Below are positions 1-9,577 of a stretch of DNA of 64,000 nucleotides, piece after piece. The notes under the pieces are model-generated. The model was given only the letters and a program-made list of their open reading frames with translations, was not told the DNA's origin and ran no database searches. Numbering within the stretch: the first letter of the stretch is position 1; every line of letters begins with the position of its first letter. Where the stretch lies: positions 100,853 through 164,852 of the forward strand of contig CAZPVH010000001.1 in NCBI GenBank assembly GCA_964589975.1, written 5' to 3'. The position numbers were made by a program, and so were the translations under genes. The DNA comes from an uncultured Candidatus Saccharibacteria bacterium. GTDB lineage: Bacteria > Patescibacteriota > Minisyncoccia > Phycocordibacterales > CSBR16-119.

Positions 1-639
1 GCTCGTATCCACCTTAATACTTCTGACGCTACAAAATGGAGAAATTGGAATGGCGGCAATCTAAATGCGGCAACCCCATTCTTTGTAGGCGGCACTAATC
101 CTCTACCTCACGGTTCTGGCGGTAATGTATATATGGGTAGCGAATGGTTCCCACTTACAAATGCTGACGGTTCGTTTATAGTTGACACCAACAACCTTGA
201 TTTTGCTGCAAACAGTAATGTCCCTGGTGTTGCTGTTCAGAGAATAAACGGAGCTATCCGCGTTGTACTCTACGGAAATCACACTGACCTGAGCGGTGGC
301 AAAGAGCTTGCTGCTGGATCAATCGAGCTCTCGACAAATGCCTCTGCTAGACTTCTCGGAGCTTGGGACAAGCCGAATGGATTCATTGATCCTATCTCAA
401 ATGATCCTTACACCGGTACTCGTTTGCACGATGCGACCGTGAATGACGCGGTGAACCCTATGGATTCACGAGGTACATTCAAGGCTTATATCAATCAGTA
501 CGATCCTCGATTTGATAACGTGCGAGTTATCAGCGATCTCTTCCAGTTCCACCTAGTGGCAACATCTGGATCTGATGGATTCTACGCAAGATATAACTAC
601 GATGATATGATCGAAGTTCCGTGCGTGCAGGTAGACTAG
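1..639 (+). CDS. 5'-truncated probable surface protein; its C-terminal domain is paralogous to the middle domain of 4008..5867
   Basis: Frame 1 is open from base 1 (ARIHLNTSDATKWRNWNGG...). It shares WRNW, FVGG, WFPLTNxDGS, VLYGNH, PMDSRG, YINQYD and FHLVxTxGSDGFYAxY with 4008..5867. Stop at 639, then a terminator. Confidence 0.8.
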   Translation, partial: ARIHLNTSDATKWRNWNGGNLNAATPFFVGGTNPLPHGSGGNVYMGSEWFPLTNADGSFIVDTNNLDFAANSNVPGVAVQRINGAIRVVLYGNHTDLSGGKELAAGSIELSTNASARLLGAWDKPNGFIDPISNDPYTGTRLHDATVNDAVNPMDSRGTFKAYINQYDPRFDNVRVISDLFQFHLVATSGSDGFYARYNYDDMIEVPCVQVD

Positions 640-654
640 ATAAAAGAAATAGTA

Positions 655-687
655 AAGCAAAAACCGCCCACCCGGCGGTTTTTGCTT
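655..687. terminator. Intrinsic (bidirectional-type) terminator
   Basis: AAGCAAAAACCGCC-cacc-cGGCGGTTTTTGCTT hairpin after the stop codon. Confidence 0.8.
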
Positions 688-758
688 ATCCCCAAACCTA
701 ATATCTTAATCCTTTTCAAAGTTTTATAATTGTCTTGTTATAAAAAGCTATTTCTTAT

Positions 759-1754
759 ATGAAATTATCTGACAGAAGAATTATTGGCGGAGCTATCGCG
801 TTTCTATTTGTCGTCTCGATTGTGCAATCAGGAGCAATTTTGAGGATGTTCGGTGCTGCGAATGGAGGAGATTTGTCGGCAGGGGTGCTTAATATCTCAC
901 CTTTAGGCGGACGTCCTCCAGTAAGTGCCACATATACGCCGGAAGATAATGATGCAGGTGCGAATGGCATTACTTTTACCTCGCGGCAGATCGTGCGCAT
1001 CAGAGCATGCGCAGCTGGCGGCGGAGGTGGAGGCGGAGGTCGCGGCTATGAGTCTGGATCCAATATCGGCAATGGAGGAGCTGGCGGTGGCGGAGGTGGG
1101 CGTGGACAATGTGCCGATCAAGCATTCAAGATGAGACCGGGTGACACGCTCCGGTGGAACATCGGTGTAGGAGGAAATGGTGGTCAGCGCGGAGAACTCT
1201 ACGAACTCATCACGAATGGCAATATCTATCCGCAGATCAGTGCGTCCGCAACGGCTGGAGGCAATGGCGGATGGACGTATGTGAGCATCAATGGCGTTGA
1301 CGTTATACAAGTAGCCGGCGGCCTGGGTGGCCAGCCTGGGGCCAATGCCTACACGACAGGCGCGGCTGGCGGTCTGGGCGGGTCCGTGACATCGGCTGAC
1401 GCTGATTGGCATGCCGGTGAGAATGGCCATATTTCGACAGAGTTGCCCTTGTTTTCATGTGAATATGCAAAAAATAATTTGGCTGGTTACGGTGGCGCGG
1501 GTGGACACGGTGAACCAGAATACCAACCAGGTGAGAGCGGGAATGGAGGAGTGGGTGGCCATTGCTACAAGACCAATACTTATGGATACAACACTGCTTT
1601 TGGCGGCGACGGGATGGCTGCGACGCTTGGAAATGGCGGCGGTGGCGGCGGAGGTGGACTCGGTGTTTGGATGGGCGGAGAGGATGAAATCATCCAATAC
1701 GGCGGCTCTGGTGGAAGGGGAGGTGACGGTTATATAACTGTGAGCGTCGAATAA
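759..1754 (+). CDS. Secreted/membrane-anchored glycine-rich protein, paralogue 1 (putative polyglycine-II adhesin)
   Basis: N-terminal basic + hydrophobic segment; ACAAGGGGGGGG...GGGGGGRG...LRWNIGVGG...GGRGGDGYITV scaffold typical of phage-tail-like glycine-rich domains. Confidence 0.8.
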   Translation: MKLSDRRIIGGAIAFLFVVSIVQSGAILRMFGAANGGDLSAGVLNISPLGGRPPVSATYTPEDNDAGANGITFTSRQIVRIRACAAGGGGGGGGRGYESGSNIGNGGAGGGGGGRGQCADQAFKMRPGDTLRWNIGVGGNGGQRGELYELITNGNIYPQISASATAGGNGGWTYVSINGVDVIQVAGGLGGQPGANAYTTGAAGGLGGSVTSADADWHAGENGHISTELPLFSCEYAKNNLAGYGGAGGHGEPEYQPGESGNGGVGGHCYKTNTYGYNTAFGGDGMAATLGNGGGGGGGGLGVWMGGEDEIIQYGGSGGRGGDGYITVSVE

Positions 1755-1873
1755 GAAAAATGAAATACTTAATCCATACACTTCTTGCATGTAGTGGGGA
1801 GGAAAGTGATAATCAACAGAAATTTACTTTATTTATGGGTGGAAGAATTAAATTGGGTTAAAATGAGTTTAAT

Positions 1874-2839
1874 ATGAAAAAACTAAATGAAAAAAAGCTT
1901 CTCGTCGGGGCAGTTGCTTTTGTTGCTGTGCTTGGATTTATAAATGTCGTGGCAGTGTTCGCGACAAGAGACGGCATGCTGGCTCAGGTATTCAAGTTCG
2001 GCAACGTTATGACGGTTGATTCTCAGACAGCAACGTACGGTCCTGCGCAAAACGCTTTGGGACAAAACGGTATTTACTTTGATCGAGATAGAAAAGTTTC
2101 TGTTGTTGCGTGTGCGGCCGGCGGCGGCGGAGGCGGCGGTGATCATGGGTATGAAACTGGCAGTGATGATGGCGCCGGTGGCGCTGGCGGCGGCGGAGGC
2201 GGAAAAGGAATGTGCGCGTCGCGAACGCTGAAATTGCGCGCAGGCGACACCCTAAGATGGCTTGTTGGCTCGGGGGGTATGGGCGGTATCAGGGGACGCA
2301 TGATAGAAGTAATGGAGTTCGGTCCGCCGGCAGATCAACATCAGATTGCAACGAATGGAGCTCCGGGCGGCTGGACGTATGTCAGCATAAACGGTATTGA
2401 CGTAATGCAGCTTCAGGGAGGAAATGGCGGCCAGGCTGGCACGCATGCAAGCGATGTATATCTTCCCGGTTGGGGCGGGGCCGGGGGTTCATTGGATACG
2501 GTTCTTCAGCAGGCATGGGGCCACAGAGGTGAAAATGGCCAGAACAATGATCAGCAGTCAAACGGTATGGGCAGCGGAGGCTACGGCGGCAATGGCGAAG
2601 GCCAGAATGGACTCCTTACGAATAGGGGCAGCGGAGGATCATCGTGGACCTGGGGATCAAACCCTCATGGAACTACCGGCGGCAATGGCGTTACTGCCTC
2701 TGGCGGCGGAGGCGGCGGAGGCGGTGCGGGGCAATGGGAGGACTATGATTCCAACGGCGACAATTTTATAAATACATTCAGGAATTGGGGCGGCTACGGC
2801 GGTATCGGCGGAGACGGTTTTGTGACTATCACTTGGTGA
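1874..2839 (+). CDS. Secreted/membrane-anchored glycine-rich protein, paralogue 2
   Basis: Same scaffold (ACAAGGGGGGG, GDTLRW, GWTYVSING, GGDGFVTITW); N-terminal TM followed by RDGMLAQVF. Confidence 0.8.
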   Translation: MKKLNEKKLLVGAVAFVAVLGFINVVAVFATRDGMLAQVFKFGNVMTVDSQTATYGPAQNALGQNGIYFDRDRKVSVVACAAGGGGGGGDHGYETGSDDGAGGAGGGGGGKGMCASRTLKLRAGDTLRWLVGSGGMGGIRGRMIEVMEFGPPADQHQIATNGAPGGWTYVSINGIDVMQLQGGNGGQAGTHASDVYLPGWGGAGGSLDTVLQQAWGHRGENGQNNDQQSNGMGSGGYGGNGEGQNGLLTNRGSGGSSWTWGSNPHGTTGGNGVTASGGGGGGGGAGQWEDYDSNGDNFINTFRNWGGYGGIGGDGFVTITW

Positions 2840-2903
2840 GTTTTCCATATTGCTCACGTTATTAATTAAAAAGAATTAATCGGGAACATTAAATTATATC
2901 AAC

Positions 2904-3887
2904 ATGAAAAAACTCAATAAAAAAACTCTCAAGAAGACGGTTATAGCTTTTGCTGCTGTTGTTGGGGTAGTAACTGTATTTGGAACAGTCATTTCGAGGG
3001 ATGGAATGCTGGCCCAAGTCTTTACTTCACAAACATTTCAATCGGATTTGACTTTGCAGATATCGGGCGGGGTTGAAACAAATAGCACAGGCCAAAAAGG
3101 CATAACGCTAAATAGTCAGAGGTTTGTGAGAATTATCGCTTGTTCAGCTGCTGGTGGCGGGGGCGGGGGTGATCGAGGACTTGAAGATGGGTCGAATTGG
3201 GGCTCTGGCGGCGGAGGCGGCGGAGGCGGCGGTAAAGGCAATTGTCGAACAAGAGATATGAAAGTAAGATCCGGAGATGTGCTCCGCTGGTCTGTTGGTA
3301 TGGGCGGCGCTGGTGGCACATATGGAGAGTTGAATCATTTGTTCAATCCTGATGCTCCTGGCGGTGATTACGGTATCGATTTCCCGGAAATTGATACACA
3401 TGCTACGAATGGATCCAGTGGAGGTCCAACGACAGTTGCGATCAACGGTCAGACAGTTCTATCGGTAGAAGGTGGTCATGGTGGTCAGGCGGGCACGAGC
3501 GCAAGCGGAACGTTTTCTCCTGGTTGGGGCGGTGCCGGCGGATCCCTCGATACATCTTTTCAGCAAGCATGGGGGCATAGAGGGGAAAATGGTCAGAATA
3601 CAGACGCACAGACAAATCATATGGGCAGCGGAGGCTATGGCGGAAATGGCGAAGGTCCAAATGGAATTTTGAATAACCGTGGCTACGGAGGGTCTTCATG
3701 GGGACCCGATCCATTCGGTGGCCCTGGTCTGGCCGGGGGTACCATGTCTGGCGGAGGCGGTGGCGGAGGAGGCGCTGGCAGGTGGTATGATCATCAATGG
3801 CAGACGCAGTACGAAGATACAGCGATACAGAATCGCGGCGGAATGGGCGGACCCGGTGGAAACGGTTTTATTCAGATCTATTGGTAG
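2904..3887 (+). CDS. Secreted/membrane-anchored glycine-rich protein, paralogue 3
   Basis: Same scaffold; shares RDGMLAQVF and the GWGGAGGSLDT..QQAWGHRGENGQN..MGSGGYGGNGEG block with paralogue 2. Confidence 0.8.
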   Translation: MKKLNKKTLKKTVIAFAAVVGVVTVFGTVISRDGMLAQVFTSQTFQSDLTLQISGGVETNSTGQKGITLNSQRFVRIIACSAAGGGGGGDRGLEDGSNWGSGGGGGGGGGKGNCRTRDMKVRSGDVLRWSVGMGGAGGTYGELNHLFNPDAPGGDYGIDFPEIDTHATNGSSGGPTTVAINGQTVLSVEGGHGGQAGTSASGTFSPGWGGAGGSLDTSFQQAWGHRGENGQNTDAQTNHMGSGGYGGNGEGPNGILNNRGYGGSSWGPDPFGGPGLAGGTMSGGGGGGGGAGRWYDHQWQTQYEDTAIQNRGGMGGPGGNGFIQIYW

Positions 3888-4007
3888 TACTCGTGTTGCA
3901 ATATTGGCTTTAAGCAATATAATATCAATATTGGAAAGGTTCCGATTTTTCGGAGTCGGAATTAGTCTAGTGCGGCTAATTTCAGATTATAAGAATTATC
4001 TATTTGC

Positions 4008-5867
4008 ATGAAAAATTTTTTGGTGAAGAGTCTGAACATTGTCACGATCTTTTCGATGGTGTTCGTTTGGAATACGGCGAATGCCGTAACGATTGATGAG
4101 CCGGTTGATACAGATATTCCTGCTTGTGAGGAGCAAACGCTTGTTAGTACTCCAGGAGAACATGGGGGCGTTGCCGTTAATCCCGAACACGGCGCTTGGA
4201 CGGCTTCTATCAGTGGGGCGGAATGGATATGGTCAGAGAATCCGATCGCCGATCCTGTTGGCGAAAGCACAGAATCTTTTACACGAGCTTTTGATATCGT
4301 AGGAACTCCGGTTGATGGAAAGCTTGAAATTGCCGCTGACAACGAATATGCGGTTTATTTGAACGGTAATCCGCTCTTTGTCGACATGAACGAAGATAAT
4401 TACAGCTCAGGCGGACAAGACGAATATGTAATTCCTGCCGCTGCCTTTGAAACTGGTGAAAATGAAATTGAGTTTGAAGTTACAAACTGGGCTCAAGAGG
4501 GCGGAACTATGGAGTCAAATCCTGCCGGACTCATGTACAAGCTCACGGTTAACTGCGCAGACGGCGGCGAAGAAGATAATTGCAATCCTGAAGAGGCAGA
4601 ATGCGAAGAAGTAGAAGATCCGACAGATCCCGAAGAAGAATCTTGTCCTATTGTCTACGCGCGCGTTCGCTTCGCAAAGGTTTCAAATGGAGCCGCAGTG
4701 AATGGCTGGAGAAATTGGGCTCCTGGCGGAGATCTTTCGAACCAGACTTTTGTTGGCGGTTCGCTGCTAGAGAATATGTATGCCGATGAAGCGTGGTTCC
4801 CGCTAACGAACCCAGACGGTTCTGTTATTGTTGACGCGGATTTAGCTCCTTACGCAGATGTTTCGGGTCTCGCTGTGGAACGCCAGAATGGTAAAGTAAG
4901 ACTTGTCCTTTATGGTAATCACAATACTGATAATAGTGAAATCGGCGGCAAGGAATTCGCCCAGGGAGTTATCGAGATCCAGGGGGCAACTTGGCAGCCT
5001 GGTATGCAGACCCCGCTTGATTGGAGTAACCTGAACACCAATCCGCGAACACATGATCCACTCATTAATGATCCAGCTTTTCCCATGGATTCACGTGGAT
5101 CATTCAATGGGTATATTAACCAATATGACTACAGGTTCGACCGTATGAGGACATGGACTCCGACTAAAGTTGAATTCCACCTGGTTGTAACGACAGGATC
5201 GGACGGATTCTATGCATCTTATGATATAAATGATGACTGCGATATTAATCAAGAGGATCCTGAAGAGCCCGTGTGTGAAATGGATTGCGAAGAAGACCCT
5301 GTTTGCGAAGAAGAGCCCTGCGACCAGGATCCTCAGTGTGAGGTAGACTGTAGTGAGCTTCCTCCTAATCCTTCTTGTGAAGAAACACAGACTTGTGAAA
5401 ATACAGAAGATAATGATCCCGAAGATCAAGACGAAGAGGAAGAAGAATCGGGTCGGAGTTTTGTTGGGGGACGCGGTTCATCTAATAACGGGGGTGGTAG
5501 CGTTTTAGGGGCCACTGACGGAGAGGTGCTTGGCGCGTGTACCCCTTTTACCGAATATCATAGAAAAGGAGATTCCGGAGGAGAGATTGCTCGCATCCAG
5601 GAATTCTTGAATGAAGAAATGGACGCAGGGCTTATCGTTGATGGTATATATGGCTCGACAACAGCAAAAGCCGTGGGCGATTTCCAGCAGAAATATTTTG
5701 AGCAGATAATTACGCCATGGGTGCCTCCATTTCTACCGCGAGTTACTCACCGATGGTACAAATCTACTCGCATGATGGCGAATGAACTTATCGGTTGTCC
5801 GGAGACAGAAGTTTATCTGGAGGACCCTGGAATCATGTATAAGGTTAAGTGGACCCCTACGGCATAA
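4008..5867 (+). CDS. Multidomain surface protein: signal peptide, galactose-binding-like jelly-roll, unnamed domain, acidic Cys-rich linker, C-terminal peptidoglycan-binding domain
   Basis: AEWIW...F.RAF...LEIAADNEY.VYLNG...NPAGL motif; C-terminal GDSGGEIARIQEFLN...VDGIYGSTTAKAVGDFQ (PG_binding_1-like); GSVLGA/GEVLGA motif. Confidence 0.75.
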   Translation: MKNFLVKSLNIVTIFSMVFVWNTANAVTIDEPVDTDIPACEEQTLVSTPGEHGGVAVNPEHGAWTASISGAEWIWSENPIADPVGESTESFTRAFDIVGTPVDGKLEIAADNEYAVYLNGNPLFVDMNEDNYSSGGQDEYVIPAAAFETGENEIEFEVTNWAQEGGTMESNPAGLMYKLTVNCADGGEEDNCNPEEAECEEVEDPTDPEEESCPIVYARVRFAKVSNGAAVNGWRNWAPGGDLSNQTFVGGSLLENMYADEAWFPLTNPDGSVIVDADLAPYADVSGLAVERQNGKVRLVLYGNHNTDNSEIGGKEFAQGVIEIQGATWQPGMQTPLDWSNLNTNPRTHDPLINDPAFPMDSRGSFNGYINQYDYRFDRMRTWTPTKVEFHLVVTTGSDGFYASYDINDDCDINQEDPEEPVCEMDCEEDPVCEEEPCDQDPQCEVDCSELPPNPSCEETQTCENTEDNDPEDQDEEEEESGRSFVGGRGSSNNGGGSVLGATDGEVLGACTPFTEYHRKGDSGGEIARIQEFLNEEMDAGLIVDGIYGSTTAKAVGDFQQKYFEQIITPWVPPFLPRVTHRWYKSTRMMANELIGCPETEVYLEDPGIMYKVKWTPTA

Positions 5868-5884
5868 ACTAATTAAAATTTTTT

Positions 5885-5917
5885 AAACCAAATCCCGATT
5901 TATCGGGGTTTTGGTTT
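5885..5917. terminator. Intrinsic terminator
   Basis: AAACCAAATCCCGA-ttta-TCGGGGTTTTGGTTT. Confidence 0.7.
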
Positions 5918-5951
5918 TGAAAAGCCCATATTTTAAGGTATTATTTAACCT

Positions 5952-7784
5952 ATGGCTCCGATCTACGATCCTAATGATATTGAGAAAAAATGGCAATCTG
6001 TATGGGAAAAAGAGGGTATTTATCGTACCCATGATGATTTTTCAAAACCAAAGAAATATGTCCTAGACATGTACCCATACCCGTCTGGAGAGGGTCTTCA
6101 TGTTGGTCATCCAAAAGGATACATTGCAACCGATGTCTATTCTCGGTTTTCGCGCATGAATGGTTTCAGTGTCTTGCACCCGATGGGTTGGGACGCTTTC
6201 GGATTGCCGGCAGAGCAATTTGCGCTCAAAAATAAAATACATCCCAAAATTGCCGTTGCAAAAAACATTTCTCGCTATAAAGAGCAGCTTCAGGTTATTG
6301 GACTTGACTATGATTGGTCGAGAGAGATCAACACCACAGATCCGGAATACTACAAATGGACGCAATGGTGTTTTGTAAAAATGTTTGAACGCGGACTTGT
6401 TTACCAATCCCATGCCCCAATCAACTGGTGTCCTTCTTGCAAGACAGGACTTGCGAACGAAGATTTGGAAGATGGCAAATGTGAGCGTTGTGGTTCAGAA
6501 ATAGAACAGAAGCCTCTTCCGCAATGGGTGATTAAAATAACAGATTACAGAGACCGACTTGTTGAAGACCTGTCGCTTTTGCCGAAATGGCCGGAGTATG
6601 TAAAAACTAGTCAGAAAAACTGGCTGGAAAACCTTCATGACTGGGTTTTTGCTCGTCAGCGCTATTGGGGAGAGCCGATCCCACTCATTCATTGTGAAAA
6701 ATGTGGTACTGTCACAGTCCCAGAAAAAGATTTGCCGGTAAGACTACCTGAAGTAGAGAGTTATGAGCCAACTGGAACAGGTGAGTCGCCGCTTGCTGGG
6801 ATAACAGACTGGGTTAATACGACTTGTCCAAAGTGTGGCGAGGCCGCAAAGAGGGAAACCAACACTATGCCGCAGTGGGCCGGATCTTCCTGGTACTACT
6901 TGCGCTACATGGATCCGAATAATGCGGGGGTATTAGTCGACAAAGACAAAGAAAAATATTGGAATAGCGTTGATGTCTACGTCGGCGGCATGGAACACGC
7001 TACCCGCCACCTTATCTACGCCCGTTTTTGGCACAAATTCCTTTATGACATCGGTACTGTTACAACTAAAGAGCCATTCGAAGAATTGCATACTGTTGGG
7101 CTTATTCAGGCGGCGGACGGGCGCAAGATGTCAAAACGATGGGGAAATGTTGTGAATCCTGACGAGATGGTCGGGCGTTTTGGCGCTGACGCTTTCAGAC
7201 TTTATGAGATGTTTATGGGCCCTTTTGAACAGGCTGTGGCCTGGAATACGGATGGGGTTGTTGGTACAAGGAGATTTTTAGAGAAGGTTTGGCGCGGCGA
7301 GGGGTATTTCGGCGATACTAGCGAAGAGCTAGAGAGTCTTTTGCACAAGACTATAAAAAAAATAGGAGAAGATATTCAGAGTTTTAAGTTCAACACTTGT
7401 GTCTCGACCATGATGGTACTTGCAAACAAGCTCGATGATGAAAAATCAGTTTCGAAAGAAGACTATAAAAAATTTTTGCAGATATTAGCGCCATTTGCTC
7501 CGCACATGACTGAGGAATTGTGGCGCAACCTTGGGGACACAGCCTCGATCCATCTTTCTTCTTGGCCCAAATATGATGAGTCAAAAATCAAGGAAGAAAA
7601 GATTAAAATTGTTATCCAGATTAATGGTAAAGTTCGTGACGAGATTGAGGTTCATGCTGGTGCGAGAGAGGAAGAAGTGAAAACTCTCGTTTTAGCTCGC
7701 GAAAAAGTCGTCGAAAAGCTTGCTGGAGAGGAGGTAAAGAAGATAATTTATGTTGAGGGTCGGTTAATAAATATCGTTATTTAG
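5952..7784 (+). CDS. leuS: Leucine--tRNA ligase, short form lacking the CP1 editing domain
   Basis: MYPYPSG.GLHVGH (HIGH), PMGWDAFGLPAE, DW..RQRYWG.PIP, RETNTMPQWAGSSWYYLRY, GGMEHA, KMSKR, C-terminal IQINGKVR. Confidence 0.95.
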   Translation: MAPIYDPNDIEKKWQSVWEKEGIYRTHDDFSKPKKYVLDMYPYPSGEGLHVGHPKGYIATDVYSRFSRMNGFSVLHPMGWDAFGLPAEQFALKNKIHPKIAVAKNISRYKEQLQVIGLDYDWSREINTTDPEYYKWTQWCFVKMFERGLVYQSHAPINWCPSCKTGLANEDLEDGKCERCGSEIEQKPLPQWVIKITDYRDRLVEDLSLLPKWPEYVKTSQKNWLENLHDWVFARQRYWGEPIPLIHCEKCGTVTVPEKDLPVRLPEVESYEPTGTGESPLAGITDWVNTTCPKCGEAAKRETNTMPQWAGSSWYYLRYMDPNNAGVLVDKDKEKYWNSVDVYVGGMEHATRHLIYARFWHKFLYDIGTVTTKEPFEELHTVGLIQAADGRKMSKRWGNVVNPDEMVGRFGADAFRLYEMFMGPFEQAVAWNTDGVVGTRRFLEKVWRGEGYFGDTSEELESLLHKTIKKIGEDIQSFKFNTCVSTMMVLANKLDDEKSVSKEDYKKFLQILAPFAPHMTEELWRNLGDTASIHLSSWPKYDESKIKEEKIKIVIQINGKVRDEIEVHAGAREEEVKTLVLAREKVVEKLAGEEVKKIIYVEGRLINIVI

Positions 7785-7785
7785 C

Positions 7786-9501
7786 ATGGTTAATCGCATC
7801 ATCGGTCTACTTAATCGTGAGTTCAAGAATATAAACCAAGCGGCTATAATTCTCGGAACTTTTACGCTACTTTCGCAGATTTTGGCGATGCTTCGCGATA
7901 GGGCATTCGCGCATTTTTTGGGTGCGTCTTCAACTCTTGATATTTACTATGCGTCATTTAAAATTCCGGATATTATTTTTGTTTCGGTCGCTTCACTTGC
8001 GTCGATTACCGTGCTCCTACCTTTTTTGGTGGACAAAATTGGTCTAAAAGAAGATGGTGAACTAAACGGAGGTAGTGAGTCAGCGCGAAAACTTTTAAAT
8101 GACGTTTTTACAATCTTTATATCCATGATGATTATAGTTTCTGGTATCGCTTTTATCTTTGCGCCAGAACTCGCGAAGTTTGTTGCCCCAGGTTTTAACC
8201 CACTCGAGCTCAAAGAGCTCGTTTCTATAACGCGAATCATGCTGTTGTCTCCGATACTTCTCGGGCTCTCAAATCTTGTCGGGTCTGTAACCCAAATGTT
8301 CAAAAAATTCTTCGTTTTTGCCCTTTCGCCGGTCTTTTACAATATCGGAATCATACTAGGTGTCGTCGTACTATATCCTAGTTTTGGTCTTACAGGACTT
8401 GCTATTGGGGTAGTTTTTGGCGCGCTACTGCATCTTTTGATCCAGTTTCCGGTCCTGGCCAGGCACCACTTCTTGCCAAAGTTGTCTTTCTCGATTGACT
8501 GGGGTCAGATCAAAAAAATATCTATGCTTTCTCTTCCGCGGACGCTCGGACTCGCTCTCAACAGTCTGGCTTTGGTGGTCATAACTGCGCTTGCATCAAA
8601 AATGGGCGAGGGGGCCATCTCAATATTTCAATTTTCTTTAAATTTTCAAAATGTACCGCTTGGAATTATCGGAGTCTCTTATTCAGTGGCTGCTTTTCCA
8701 ACGCTGGCCCGGTATTTTTCAGGATCAAATATGAAAGATTTCGTCGCCTACATTGCCGTGGCTGCGCGACAGATAATTTTCTGGTGCATGCCGATTATGT
8801 TTATCTTTATCGTTCTCCGAGCTCAAATTGTTCGCGTTATTCTCGGGACCGGTCTCTTTTCCTGGGACGATACGCGTCTGACGGCTGCTGGACTTGCGCT
8901 TTTCTCGCTCTCTATTGTTGGTCAAAGCCTCATACTTCTCTTTACTCGCGGATATTATGCGGCGGGGAACACCCGGCGGCCGCTTTATATAAATTTAATT
9001 TCTGCTGGAGCAACTATTATTTTGGCTATGGTCCTTGTAAACGTTTTCCACACGAACCCAAGTTTTCAGTACTTCATTGAGGCGCTTCTGCGAATTGAGA
9101 ATATCCCTCATACGGAAATAGTCATGCTGCCCCTCGCATACTCGATCGGGTCGATTACTAACATACTTCTTCTCTGGGGATTTTTCCGCCGCGATTTTAA
9201 GATTAAAGACGCATTTCTCTTCCGATCTTTCGCTCAGAGCTTTGCCGGCGCGTTTTTCATAGGCTACGTTACCTACATTTCACTAAATATTTTTGATGAA
9301 GTCTTCAACATAGATACTTTTTGGGGAATCTTGGGCCAAGGAGTGTCTTCGGGGCTCATCGGTATAGTTTGCGGCATAATTGTGCTTAAGCTGTTGAAAA
9401 ACCGGGAGCTAGAAATCATATTACAGAGCTTAAAATCACGAAAACTTTTCAAAACAGAAGTCATTTCTTCAGGGGGGGACGAAATGCAAAGTGGTTCCTA
9501 G
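7786..9501 (+). CDS. murJ: Lipid II flippase MurJ/MviN
   Basis: SQILAMLRDR..A..LGA..LDIYYASFKIPD, many TM helices, PLGIIGVS, RGYYA.GNTRRP. Confidence 0.9.
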   Translation: MVNRIIGLLNREFKNINQAAIILGTFTLLSQILAMLRDRAFAHFLGASSTLDIYYASFKIPDIIFVSVASLASITVLLPFLVDKIGLKEDGELNGGSESARKLLNDVFTIFISMMIIVSGIAFIFAPELAKFVAPGFNPLELKELVSITRIMLLSPILLGLSNLVGSVTQMFKKFFVFALSPVFYNIGIILGVVVLYPSFGLTGLAIGVVFGALLHLLIQFPVLARHHFLPKLSFSIDWGQIKKISMLSLPRTLGLALNSLALVVITALASKMGEGAISIFQFSLNFQNVPLGIIGVSYSVAAFPTLARYFSGSNMKDFVAYIAVAARQIIFWCMPIMFIFIVLRAQIVRVILGTGLFSWDDTRLTAAGLALFSLSIVGQSLILLFTRGYYAAGNTRRPLYINLISAGATIILAMVLVNVFHTNPSFQYFIEALLRIENIPHTEIVMLPLAYSIGSITNILLLWGFFRRDFKIKDAFLFRSFAQSFAGAFFIGYVTYISLNIFDEVFNIDTFWGILGQGVSSGLIGIVCGIIVLKLLKNRELEIILQSLKSRKLFKTEVISSGGDEMQSGS

Positions 9502-9577
9502 GGTGGAGTATTTTCATATATAGAGTTCTCAACACTTTTTACTGGTTGACAACTGTTTTTCGTTGTAAAATATAGAC

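Noticed and set aside
759-3887. Diversity-generating retroelement (TR/VR pair) among the glycine-rich paralogues
   Set aside because: Differences in the shared block are at all bases, mostly synonymous, and not adenine-specific; there is no reverse transcriptase in the window.
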